In this document: one piece after another, positions 47,619-56,690 of the stretch
Numbering within the stretch: the first letter of the stretch is position 1
Layout: every line of letters starts with the position of its first letter
Origin: Candidatus Latescibacterota bacterium
GTDB lineage: Bacteria > Latescibacterota > UBA2968 > UBA8231
Direction: 5' to 3'
Assembly: GCA_965248355.1 (NCBI GenBank)
Contig: OZ252098.1
Span: 1,920,001-1,984,000, forward strand
DNA length: 64,000 nucleotides
Position numbers and translations under genes: made by a program
The notes under the pieces: generated by a model
Told to the model about the DNA's origin: nothing
Seen by the model: the letters and a program-made list of their open reading frames with translations, nothing else
Database searches by the model: none

Positions 47619-50600
47619 ATGGGCTTGACCCTGTTCCTCACCGTGCTGGCCGCCACGGGCACCTATCTGGCGACGCGCACGCCCACCGAAGGCGAGCTGG
47701 TCAGCTCCTTTCAGGAGGCCCAGCGGTTCTACGCCGAGGGCGCCTACGACCAGGCCATCTCCGAGTACGCGAATGTCTCCCGCGTGCGGAGCCGGGTGCT
47801 GGCGGTCAACCAGGTCCAGGTGGTCGTGGGCGAGGAGAGCTTTCCCCTCCAGGAAGCCGCCGCCTATCAGATCGGGAACGCCTATTCGAAGCTCTACGAG
47901 GAGTACGACCGGTTCGCGGAGGAATCGAGGAACGCCCTTCGAAGGAGCGAGTACCGGGCGCAGGCGGACACCTCCTTCGCCCGGGCCATCGGCGCCTTCC
48001 GCCAGGTCATCGCCTCCGCCGCCAACGAGATCCTGAAGGTCCAGGCCCACGGTCGCCTCATCGACCTCTATTTCTCGGCCGAGGCCTACCCGGACGTCAT
48101 CATCGCCTCTCGCGAGATGATCGCCGCCTATCCGGACAACCCTCACGTCGTCGTCGCCTACTACAACACCGGATGGGCCTACTACGAGACCAGGAGATTC
48201 GCCCGCGCCATCGAGTCCTTCCAGGCCCTGTTGTCCCGGTTCTCCACGGGCTACCGCGCCGACCGCAGCTTGTTCCAGATCGGCGAGTGCCACCGGGAAC
48301 GGGGGGAGTACGAGGAGGCCATCGAGTCCTACCGCCGGCTCGTGGAACGCCAGCGCATCGGCGAGCTGACGGACGAAGAGCTGCTGCAGATGAAGCGGGA
48401 GAAACTGGCGGGGCTCGTGGACGAGACGGCCCTGGAGCTGGCGGCCAAGGCGGAGATCCGGGTTGGTACCTGCTTCACCAGCCTGGGGCGTTTCGACGAG
48501 GGTCTCGCGGCCTACCAGCGGGTGATCTCCCTCTTCAGCACCGAGCGCCAGCTGGTGGAGGAAGCCTTCCTGCGCCTGGCGGACCTCCACCAGGCCCGGG
48601 GAGACGAGGCCGCGGCCCTGCGCACCTACCGCGAGGCGATCGACGAATCGCAGGACCGCACCCTCAGGGCGAGGATTCAGTACGCCCTGGCCGAGAGGCT
48701 GTTCTCCCAGGGCGCCTACGAGCGGGCGATCCAGGAGTACCGGATCTACCTGCAGGGCTATGGCGACATCGCCCTGAGCGCCGGCTTCAGCGAAGGGCGG
48801 GTACGCTACCGTGTGGGCAGCGGCTACCAGCAGCTGGCCCAGCCCCACCTGCAGGCGGGGGACGGCATCGCCGCGGCCTCCTGGCTGAACCTCGCCATCG
48901 CCCAGTACGACACCCTGTGCGCCGATCCGAACTCCCCCTACTTCCTGGACTCCCAGTTCAACCGCGCCGTCGCCTTCCAGTCCCTGGGCACCCCGGGGGC
49001 CATGGCCCGGGCCCGCGGCGAGTACGAGACCATCATCGATGGGGCGGGGGACGAGCTCTACCTCCAGAGATCCCTGGGCCAGCTCGCGGAGCTGCTCTAT
49101 GACCTCGGTGAATACGAGGGGGCGGTGGAGCGCAGCCGACAGTTGCTGAGGGAGTTCCCCGGGACCGACTACGCCGACGAGGCGTACATGCGCATCGGCC
49201 TGGGCCACCAGGCCTCGGGTGAACTGGAGCCGGCGGCCGAGGCCTTCCTCCAGGTCGCCCCGGACTCCCCCTTCTTCGTCCGCTCCCGGACGGGCGCCGG
49301 CCACGTGCTGCTCTCCGAGCGGCGCTACGCCGACGCCATCCCCGTCCTGCAGGCAGGACTCGCGGAGGCCGAGGCCCCGGCCCAGCAGGGCAGCCTGCAC
49401 TACCTGCTCGGACAGGCCTACAACGGCGAGGGGGAGTACGCGCAAGCCGTCGTCCAGTTCACCGAGGCCCTGGCCCGGCCCATGGGGCCCCGCCTGGTGG
49501 AGGCCCTCCGTCTCAATCGCGGCAGCGCGGCCCTGGCCGCCGGGGATCTCGCCCAGGGAGAGGAGGACCTGCTGTGGGTGGTGTCGAACGTGACCGATCC
49601 CGAAAGGGTGCGCTACGCCCAGGACGCCCTCGCCTTCTCCTACGTAAGGCGGGACCGGGGAGCTGACGCGGCCCGGATCCTCGAGGAAATGGTGATCGCC
49701 GCCCCCACGGTCGAGCAACGCGCCGACCTGCTCAATCGCATGCTGGATCTCTACTACGAGGAGGAGAGCTACTCCCAGACCATCGAGGCCGCCCGCCGCC
49801 TCCTCGCCCTGGACTTCGACGACAAAGCCGTCTCACGGGGAGGGTACGGCACCAAGGAGAAGGCCTACTTCATCCTTGGCGACGCCCTGATGCGGCTCGA
49901 CCGGGGCTCGGAGGCGGTGCGCACCTTCCGCGAGGCCCTCCGGGCCTATCCGGGCTCCCCCTTCGCCCTGGACATCCGGCTGACTCTGGGCGCCTTCCAC
50001 TTCGCCGAGGGAGAGCTGGACCAGGCCAGGAGCCTCTTCCAGGACCTCTCCGGCGTCGACCTGACCGAGGAGCAGGCCCTTCTCGTCTCCTTCTACCTGG
50101 CCAACACCCATTACAGCCTGAGGGAGTTCGAGGAGGCCCGCATCCTCTTCCAGGGACTCCTCGACGAGAATCCGGGTGTCCGGGAACTGCCGGACATCCT
50201 CTTCGGGGTCGCGGAGAGCAACTATCAGCTCGGCGCCTTCGACCGGGCCATCGGCCACTACCGGCGGCTCATCGAGGAGTTCCCCGGGGAGACGGCGGCC
50301 GACGACTCGCAGTACAACATGGCCTGGTGCCTGATCGAGCTGGAAAGACAAGAGGAGGCCATGGCCGCCTTCCGCCAGCTTCTCGACCGCTATCCCCGGA
50401 GCGAGTACGCCGCCTCCGCCCAGTTCACCTTCGGAGATCACGCCTACAACCTGGGCCGCTACCAGGATGCCATGGAGGCTTACCTGCTCGTTCAGCAACG
50501 GTACCCCGACGCGGAGATCACGGCGGAGGTGCCGAGGCTCGTGGCCGAGCTCAAGGAGGCCATCGCCTACGAGCGCTACGAGCAGGGCATCGCCCTGATG

Positions 50601-50867
50601 GACTCGGCCGAGGCTGTCGGGCCGAGCGATTACTACCGCCAGGCGATCGAGGTGTTCGAGGACGTCATCGCCAAGTACCCGGAGACGGAGAGCGAGATCG
50701 GAGCCCTGAGCAACATGGGCGTCTGCCTGGAGGAACTGGGCAGGTGGCAGGACGCCGTCGGGGTTTACGACCGCGTCATCGGCCTTTTCGAAGAGAAGCG
50801 AGCCACCCGGGAGGCCTTCCAGTTCGCCAAGGCCCACCGGGACTGGATTGTGAGCGCCCGGCTGTGA
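47619..50867 (+). CDS. Large multi-TPR protein (BamD/YbgF-like repeats), exported
   Basis: N-terminal hydrophobic segment; many TPRs such as AYYNTGWAYYE...AIESFQALL and SQYNMAWCLIE...FRQLLDRYPRS. Confidence 0.88.
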   Translation: MGLTLFLTVLAATGTYLATRTPTEGELVSSFQEAQRFYAEGAYDQAISEYANVSRVRSRVLAVNQVQVVVGEESFPLQEAAAYQIGNAYSKLYEEYDRFAEESRNALRRSEYRAQADTSFARAIGAFRQVIASAANEILKVQAHGRLIDLYFSAEAYPDVIIASREMIAAYPDNPHVVVAYYNTGWAYYETRRFARAIESFQALLSRFSTGYRADRSLFQIGECHRERGEYEEAIESYRRLVERQRIGELTDEELLQMKREKLAGLVDETALELAAKAEIRVGTCFTSLGRFDEGLAAYQRVISLFSTERQLVEEAFLRLADLHQARGDEAAALRTYREAIDESQDRTLRARIQYALAERLFSQGAYERAIQEYRIYLQGYGDIALSAGFSEGRVRYRVGSGYQQLAQPHLQAGDGIAAASWLNLAIAQYDTLCADPNSPYFLDSQFNRAVAFQSLGTPGAMARARGEYETIIDGAGDELYLQRSLGQLAELLYDLGEYEGAVERSRQLLREFPGTDYADEAYMRIGLGHQASGELEPAAEAFLQVAPDSPFFVRSRTGAGHVLLSERRYADAIPVLQAGLAEAEAPAQQGSLHYLLGQAYNGEGEYAQAVVQFTEALARPMGPRLVEALRLNRGSAALAAGDLAQGEEDLLWVVSNVTDPERVRYAQDALAFSYVRRDRGADAARILEEMVIAAPTVEQRADLLNRMLDLYYEEESYSQTIEAARRLLALDFDDKAVSRGGYGTKEKAYFILGDALMRLDRGSEAVRTFREALRAYPGSPFALDIRLTLGAFHFAEGELDQARSLFQDLSGVDLTEEQALLVSFYLANTHYSLREFEEARILFQGLLDENPGVRELPDILFGVAESNYQLGAFDRAIGHYRRLIEEFPGETAADDSQYNMAWCLIELERQEEAMAAFRQLLDRYPRSEYAASAQFTFGDHAYNLGRYQDAMEAYLLVQQRYPDAEITAEVPRLVAELKEAIAYERYEQGIALMDSAEAVGPSDYYRQAIEVFEDVIAKYPETESEIGALSNMGVCLEELGRWQDAVGVYDRVIGLFEEKRATREAFQFAKAHRDWIVSARL

Positions 50868-50891
50868 CCAACTCCCATTCGTGAGGACCGC

Positions 50892-51452
50892 ATGGTTTCG
50901 ATAGATTACCGTTATCTCTTTCTCCTGGCCCTCACCGGGACGCTGCTGACCGCAGGCGGCCCGGGATTGGCTCAGGAGCCGGAGGAGAGGTTCCAGGTAC
51001 GCGAGCAATCCGCCTCCAGGAAGCAGGCCGTGGCCCTCGCCGTGGCCTTTCCCGGACTCGGTCACCTGGCCACCGGACACCGGGAAAAGGGGACCGCCCT
51101 CGTGACCGCCGAGATACTCGGCCTCGTGATATGGCTGACGTCGCACGCCGACTACAAGACCCAGTCCGAGCAGGTCGACGTGGAGAAGATCCGCTACGCG
51201 TCGATTCGAGAGGGCGGAACCCACGATGAGGCGGAGGAGAGCTGGCGGCGTCTGAACAGCCTGAGGGAGGATGCCGACGGCTCGCACCTGCGGCGGCGCC
51301 TCTTCGGGGTCCTCGCCATCGGCGTGTACGGGTACAATCTCCTCGATGCCCTGCTCCTGGGGGGGCTGGAGCCGCCCGGCGGCGGACGCGTCGGTCTGGT
51401 GCCCTCGGCGACTCCGGACCAAGCGGGGCTGGCCCTTGTGGCCCGCTTCTGA
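50892..51452 (+). CDS. Membrane/exported protein, DUF5683-like
   Basis: AVALAVAFPGLGHLATG motif, GYNLLDA, terminal ...LALVARF. Confidence 0.6.
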   Translation: MVSIDYRYLFLLALTGTLLTAGGPGLAQEPEERFQVREQSASRKQAVALAVAFPGLGHLATGHREKGTALVTAEILGLVIWLTSHADYKTQSEQVDVEKIRYASIREGGTHDEAEESWRRLNSLREDADGSHLRRRLFGVLAIGVYGYNLLDALLLGGLEPPGGGRVGLVPSATPDQAGLALVARF

Positions 51453-51477
51453 GGCGAGACGAGAGAAGGGAGTCCAG

Positions 51478-51864
51478 ATGGTGAGAAGAGCGGGTTTGAG
51501 CGTCGTCCTGGCCGGGGTGGTTCTCGTCTGGTCATGCAGCGACGACATCGAGCTGCCCACGGCCTATCACGAAGGATACCTGTCGCAACCCTCGGAAGTG
51601 ACCTCCGCCGTGGAGGACGGCGCCATCAATGTCTCCTGGAGCATGGCCTCCGAGGCCGACGTCGAGGGGTTCGTCGTCGGTTTCACGGACTCCAGCGGAG
51701 CCGAGCACACGAGGTCCATCGAGGATCCGGCGGCGAGACTTCACTCGGAGCAGGAGTTGGGCGTCGGCCCGGGCACCGTCTACTTGATCCAGGTGTGGGC
51801 CTTCGATGCGAAGGGGTACTTCGGCCCCCGGTCGGAGGTCGACACCCTGGCGGTCCAGGAGTGA
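51478..51864 (+). CDS. Lipoprotein with fibronectin type III-like domain
   Basis: Lipobox LVWSC; PSEVT...INVSWS...GTVYLIQVWAFDAKG..GPRS. Confidence 0.7.
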   Translation: MVRRAGLSVVLAGVVLVWSCSDDIELPTAYHEGYLSQPSEVTSAVEDGAINVSWSMASEADVEGFVVGFTDSSGAEHTRSIEDPAARLHSEQELGVGPGTVYLIQVWAFDAKGYFGPRSEVDTLAVQE

Positions 51865-51913
51865 CCTGACCGGATGACCTCGGCGCCACCGACCGGAGCC
51901 ACAGGCGGAGAGC

Positions 51914-53146
51914 ATGGCTGAGTCGCAACGCTTCCGCGCTCCCAGTGACGGCCTCGACCTGCAGGGCCTCTGGCGCGAGACCGTCAACTACACCGTCCGC
52001 GGGCTTCTCATCGGTTTCGTGGCGGTGACGGGGGCTCTGCTGTACCTGGTGCTGAGGGTCGAGGAGAGGGCGGCTCCGGAGCCGGCGGTGACCCGGCTCA
52101 TCATCCGCAAGCCCAGATCGACCAAGTCCTTCACCCTCAAGCGGCAGCGCCTCCGCCCGCGGGCCCTGACCAAGCAGGTCACGGCCCTGACCCCCCGGCT
52201 CTCCCTGCCCTCGGCCCGCCGGCTGGCCGGACCCTCCGTCTTCGGTACGGTCCAGAGCTTCGATTACGCGCCGGACACGGACGTGCAGATCAACCTCCAG
52301 TCCGGCCCCATCGAGTTGTCCGCCGCCACCATCCGGGGCACGAAGGAGCCGGGCAAGCGCATCGCCATGCGCGAAGAGCTGATCGACCTGAACGCCCTGG
52401 ACACCGGGAAGTACAAGGGGCTCATCATCCAGGATCCGACGGACCGGCGCAATGTCAAGGGGTTCGTCTATCTGGGTACGGCCTGGGCCAACGATCTGGA
52501 GCCGACCTTCGACAGCGCCGCCCGCGCCATTCCCAACCTCGTGGACGCCCTCAACGCCCAGACGGGGATCACCGCCAAGGTGGACGCCCACCTCTTCCTC
52601 GACTCCCAGGAGCTCTTCCGCACGCCCTTCGTGTACGTCACGGCCGAGGAGGCTTTCGAGCTGACGGAGCGGGAGCTGCGTAACCTGGGAGAGTACCTGA
52701 GGCGGGGGGGATTCATATTCGTCGACAACGCCACGCCTCTGACCGAGTTCAGCCAGGGAGAGGCCTCCCTGCGCCGGATCTTCCGGGACGCCCTCGGAGC
52801 CGAGGGCCAGTTGCGGCCCATCTCCAACAACCACCCCATCTACCACACCTTCTACGACTTCGACGGCCCTCCGGTGGGCACGGAGATGGAGAACCCCACC
52901 TTCACCCAGCAGCGGGAACGGGACTACCTCGTCTTCGCCCAGCAGACCTACTATCTCGAAGGCGTATTCCTGGGGGACCGGCTGGTGGGCGTTTACTCGG
53001 ACAAGGGGTACGTCCACATGTGGGCGCGAAACTTCGGCAACGAGCCACAGTTGAGGTTCGGGATCAACGCCGTCGTCTTCGCCCTGACCCAGGAGGGCTC
53101 CATCGCGCAGCAACAGATCGATTTCTTCAGCCAGCGCACCCAGTGA
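51914..53146 (+). CDS. Membrane-anchored DUF4159-domain protein
   Basis: Single N-terminal TM, basic Pro-containing linker, then PFVYVT, LGEYLRRGGFIFVDN, HPIYHTFYDF, RFGINAVVFALTQEG. Confidence 0.82.
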   Translation: MAESQRFRAPSDGLDLQGLWRETVNYTVRGLLIGFVAVTGALLYLVLRVEERAAPEPAVTRLIIRKPRSTKSFTLKRQRLRPRALTKQVTALTPRLSLPSARRLAGPSVFGTVQSFDYAPDTDVQINLQSGPIELSAATIRGTKEPGKRIAMREELIDLNALDTGKYKGLIIQDPTDRRNVKGFVYLGTAWANDLEPTFDSAARAIPNLVDALNAQTGITAKVDAHLFLDSQELFRTPFVYVTAEEAFELTERELRNLGEYLRRGGFIFVDNATPLTEFSQGEASLRRIFRDALGAEGQLRPISNNHPIYHTFYDFDGPPVGTEMENPTFTQQRERDYLVFAQQTYYLEGVFLGDRLVGVYSDKGYVHMWARNFGNEPQLRFGINAVVFALTQEGSIAQQQIDFFSQRTQ

Positions 53147-53160
53147 GAGAGAGGGTGGCC

Positions 53161-53937
53161 ATGCGTTCAGTCATTCCATCGCTGCTGATCCTCAGTGGCT
53201 GCAGCCATTTTCAACCGGAGGCGATCCTCTACTCGAACGAGCTGGTCCCCAGTTCCTACCAGGCCAGCGAGGATCGGTACACCGTCGACGAGGACGGTGC
53301 CGTCACCTACGTTCTGGAGGGACTCCGCGTCCGGGTGGAGCCCATGGAGGACGACGAGCTCAGCGCGATCTTCCCCGAGGAGTCGACGCGCGGCCAGTTC
53401 TCCACCAATCCCTATACATACGGAGACTGGATCGATCCGCTTGTCGGGCACACGCCCAAGCGCTTTACCGTCTTCCGCGTCACGATCATCAACGACATCT
53501 ACGCCAAGGTGCTGCTCGATCCGATCAAGGCCATGCTGTACACCGATCAGGGAGAGGTTCTTCATGCCTACGGTCTGCCCTCGGTCTCTCCCCACAACAG
53601 CTTCGAGCGCTACTACCGGGCCATCCGGGGACAGAGCGGCAACGAGTTCTACCGCTTCGACCTGCGCATGGGGAACGTGCGCAGCACGGCCTATCTCGAG
53701 GATGTGAGGGTGTTCAAGGGCGAGAGCTACTCCGGCCTGCTCGCCTTCGACCCCCTGAACGAAGAGGTGGGGCAGGTCAGACTGACGCTGAGGGACTTCG
53801 TGACCAAGTTCGACGCTTCCGGTCAGCCCATGGAGACGGTGGACATCTCCATGGAGTTCGACCAGGAGATCGAGAGAAGAGTAGCGCCGCGAACAGCGGC
53901 GAGGCAGGTACCGCCGAGCGGTGACCAGGCTCCCTAG
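53161..53937 (+). CDS. Hypothetical lipoprotein
   Basis: Lipobox LILSGC; NPYTYG, FTVFRVTIIN, GESYSGLLAFDPL. Confidence 0.72.
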   Translation: MRSVIPSLLILSGCSHFQPEAILYSNELVPSSYQASEDRYTVDEDGAVTYVLEGLRVRVEPMEDDELSAIFPEESTRGQFSTNPYTYGDWIDPLVGHTPKRFTVFRVTIINDIYAKVLLDPIKAMLYTDQGEVLHAYGLPSVSPHNSFERYYRAIRGQSGNEFYRFDLRMGNVRSTAYLEDVRVFKGESYSGLLAFDPLNEEVGQVRLTLRDFVTKFDASGQPMETVDISMEFDQEIERRVAPRTAARQVPPSGDQAP

Positions 53938-54844
53938 ATGGATCCCGGCGATCGTCCTGGGCGCTGCCTTCGGGCCGGGCGGAGCCGGGGAGATCGTTCA
54001 CCCGCCGCCCCTGAGCATCGCCCTGCTCGACTTCGAGGATCTGGCGGGCTTTCAGGGCAGCTGGACCCTGGCCCGGGACATACCCGAGTTCCTGGGCCGA
54101 CACCTCGACGGAGAGGATGCCTTTGACGTCGTGCCCCCGCAGCGCGTGGTGGAAATCCAGGCGGACCCCCGCCTCTCGGGGCTGGAGGGCCGGGACCTGG
54201 CGGTGGCGGCCGGTCGTCTGCTGGACGCCGATATCGTCATCCGAGGGGTCGTGGAGACCTTCGGCATGCGTCGGGTCACCGCGGGAGATCCGAATCTGGC
54301 GGGATACAAGTCCTACCGTTCGCGCGTTCACATCGAGGATGTGGAGGTGATTCGCGTGGCCACGGAGCAGGTCCTGGGAACTGTCGCGGCGAGCCGGGAC
54401 TCCACGGAGACCCCCCTCGGCCTGGATCTCTTCGGCCGCCCGCGCAGGCAGGATCGCGAGTTCAGGGAGCTCTTCCACCTCGACTTCGGCTCCGAGCGGT
54501 TCTACGAGTTGCCACTGGGCATGGCGGCCGACGCGGTCTTCGAGGAGTTGCGCAGAGAGATCGCCGCCGTGCTGATCGATCGTCCGGCCATCGATCTGAC
54601 GAGTGACAACGCCGTGGTCCTGGCCGTGGACGAGGACGAGGTCTTTCTCGGGATCGGGGTCGACGACAACGTCGAGTACGGAGACCTGCTGCCCCTCTAC
54701 CGGGATGGCCTTCGCGTGGCCCTGGTGAAGGTCAGCGAGGTGATCGGTCCCCACCTGAGCAAGGCGACGATCGTCGACGGCGACCAGGTGGAGACGGGAT
54801 CCAGGATCGGTCAGCGCCTCTCGAGGACCGGAGATGTGGAGTGA
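53921..54844 (+). CDS. CsgG/HfaB/FlgO-like protein with FlgT-C-like C-terminal domain
   Basis: IALLDFED...FDVV...AGRLLDADIVIRGVVETFG; C-terminal VLAVDEDEVFLGIG...GD...ALVKVSEV...SKATI. Confidence 0.6.
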   Translation: MTRLPRWIPAIVLGAAFGPGGAGEIVHPPPLSIALLDFEDLAGFQGSWTLARDIPEFLGRHLDGEDAFDVVPPQRVVEIQADPRLSGLEGRDLAVAAGRLLDADIVIRGVVETFGMRRVTAGDPNLAGYKSYRSRVHIEDVEVIRVATEQVLGTVAASRDSTETPLGLDLFGRPRRQDREFRELFHLDFGSERFYELPLGMAADAVFEELRREIAAVLIDRPAIDLTSDNAVVLAVDEDEVFLGIGVDDNVEYGDLLPLYRDGLRVALVKVSEVIGPHLSKATIVDGDQVETGSRIGQRLSRTGDVE

Positions 54845-54921
54845 GCACTGCCTTTGAAGTATCCAATTCCAGAATTCACGCGGTGAGCTGAGAGCTCCGA
54901 CAGCGAGAAGGAGACGGACAG

Positions 54922-55665
54922 ATGTGGGAGGTCATTCAGAGCGGTGGACCCCTGATGGTTCCACTGGCCGCTTGTGCCATCCTGGCCATCGGTTATTCCA
55001 TCGAGCGATTCTGGGTCTTCAGCCAGTTGCCCTCGCACGAGGACGCCCAGGAGAACCTGGAGCGCCTCGAGCACGCCCTGCGGGACGGCGGCGCGGCCCG
55101 GGTCGTGGCGGAGTGCAATGAAGGCAGAGGGTTGCTGAACTTCGTGTTCGCCTCGCTCCTGCGACGCTACGACACTCTCAGGATCGAGCAGCAGGAGTTC
55201 AAGGAGACCAACGAGGAGATCATGCGTCTGGCCCAGGCCGGCGGCGGCGGCGAGGTCAGCCGGTTCATGGTGCTGCAGCGAGAGCTGACCGACCTCAAGG
55301 ACGAGCTGGTCATCGAGACCGAGGAGTCCGCCCGGTCCTATCTCGGCAAGCACCTGCCGATCCTGAACACGATCGGAAACATCACCCCCCTCATCGGGCT
55401 CCTCGGAACGATTCTGGGCATGATCATCGCCTTCGAGTCGATCGCCGTGGCCGGCGCCGGTGATCCCAGGGTCGTGGCCGGAGGCATCTCTCAAGCACTG
55501 GTCACGACGGCATCGGGCCTGATCATCGCCATTCCGACCATCGTTGCCTACCGCTACCTGGCCCGCCGAGCCGACAAGATGCTCGAGCACGTGGAGATGT
55601 ACGGCCACGCCTTCGCCAATGCCCTGATCACCACGGGCCAGCGACAGGAGGCCGCCGGACAGTAG
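54922..55665 (+). CDS. exbB: MotA/TolQ/ExbB proton channel protein
   Basis: GGPLMVPL...IERF; TIGNITPLIGLLGTILGMI; GGISQALVTTASGLIIAIP; AAGGAG RBS. Confidence 0.92.
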   Translation: MWEVIQSGGPLMVPLAACAILAIGYSIERFWVFSQLPSHEDAQENLERLEHALRDGGAARVVAECNEGRGLLNFVFASLLRRYDTLRIEQQEFKETNEEIMRLAQAGGGGEVSRFMVLQRELTDLKDELVIETEESARSYLGKHLPILNTIGNITPLIGLLGTILGMIIAFESIAVAGAGDPRVVAGGISQALVTTASGLIIAIPTIVAYRYLARRADKMLEHVEMYGHAFANALITTGQRQEAAGQ

Positions 55666-55680
55666 GTCGGCGCGCAGACC

Positions 55681-56094
55681 GTGGGCAGACACCGCACACG
55701 ACCGGGCTTCGCCGACGAAGGAGGGCCGGATCTCGCTCCTCTCATCGACTGCGTCTTCCTGCTGCTCATCTTCTTCATGGTGACCACCGTCTTTCTGCAC
55801 ACCAAGGGCCTCGAGGTGGACATGCCGGCCAAGAGCGAGGCCACCGAGGAGCAGAAGAAGGACATCAACATCGTTCTCGACCGCGACGGCAAGATCCAGA
55901 TCAAGGGAGAGGAAGTAGCTCCCGACCAGTTGGCCGCCCGTCTCGTGACCGCCATGGAAGAGGCCAACAACGAGAACATCATCATCCAGGGGGATGGCGA
56001 CTGCCCCCAGGAGCACGTGGTCTACGTCGTGGATACGGCCAAGAGCGTGGGAGTGGTGGGAATCGCCTTCGCCAGAGAGCAGGAGGAGGAGTAG
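55681..56094 (+). CDS. exbD: ExbD/TolR biopolymer transport protein
   Basis: DLAPLIDCVFLLLIFFMVTT with conserved Asp; IIIQGD. Confidence 0.92.
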   Translation: MGRHRTRPGFADEGGPDLAPLIDCVFLLLIFFMVTTVFLHTKGLEVDMPAKSEATEEQKKDINIVLDRDGKIQIKGEEVAPDQLAARLVTAMEEANNENIIIQGDGDCPQEHVVYVVDTAKSVGVVGIAFAREQEEE

Positions 56095-56097
56095 AAA

Positions 56098-56508
56098 TTG
56101 CCGAGACACCGGTCCGTGTACGAGGAAGATTCCATGGACATGACGCCGCTCATCGACTGCGTCTTCCTCCTGCTGGTGTTCTTCATGGTCACCACGGTGT
56201 TCAAACAGCCCTACAGCCTGCAGGTCGAACTTCCCGAGGCGACGCAGGCGCAGGTGGTGGAAGAGAAGAAGCTGGTGGCGTCGATCACCGCGGACGGCCG
56301 CATGGAGATCAACCGCCATCCCGTGACCTTGGAGAACCTCGAGCAGGTGCTTCAGCGCGAGAAGGTGGGGACCCGCAGCCTGACCCTGGTGGTGCGGACC
56401 GACAAGAAGACCAAGCATCGGCACCTGCTGGACCTGTTCGAGGTGGCCAAGCGCGTCGGGATCGAAAAGATCCCCTTGGCGACGGACAACTTCAAAGAGG
56501 ACGACTGA
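56098..56508 (+). CDS. exbD: ExbD/TolR biopolymer transport protein (second copy)
   Basis: DMTPLIDCVFLLLVFFMVTT; VELPEA; VVRTDK. Confidence 0.92.
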   Translation: MPRHRSVYEEDSMDMTPLIDCVFLLLVFFMVTTVFKQPYSLQVELPEATQAQVVEEKKLVASITADGRMEINRHPVTLENLEQVLQREKVGTRSLTLVVRTDKKTKHRHLLDLFEVAKRVGIEKIPLATDNFKEDD

Positions 56509-56690
56509 CCTCCCGCACCGGCGCCACGGCCGCTCCGCGTCCGACCCCAGGGGTCGTTGCGTCCACCCAGGATCTTTCGCGCTCCCCGTCTCTACACCGA
56601 CGGAACCGTGGAGCTCACGGCGCGGGACCGAGCCCCGGCGCGGGCGCCTCCCGGCCCGGGAGCTCACCGGACCCCTGAAGGAGGGAGGAC

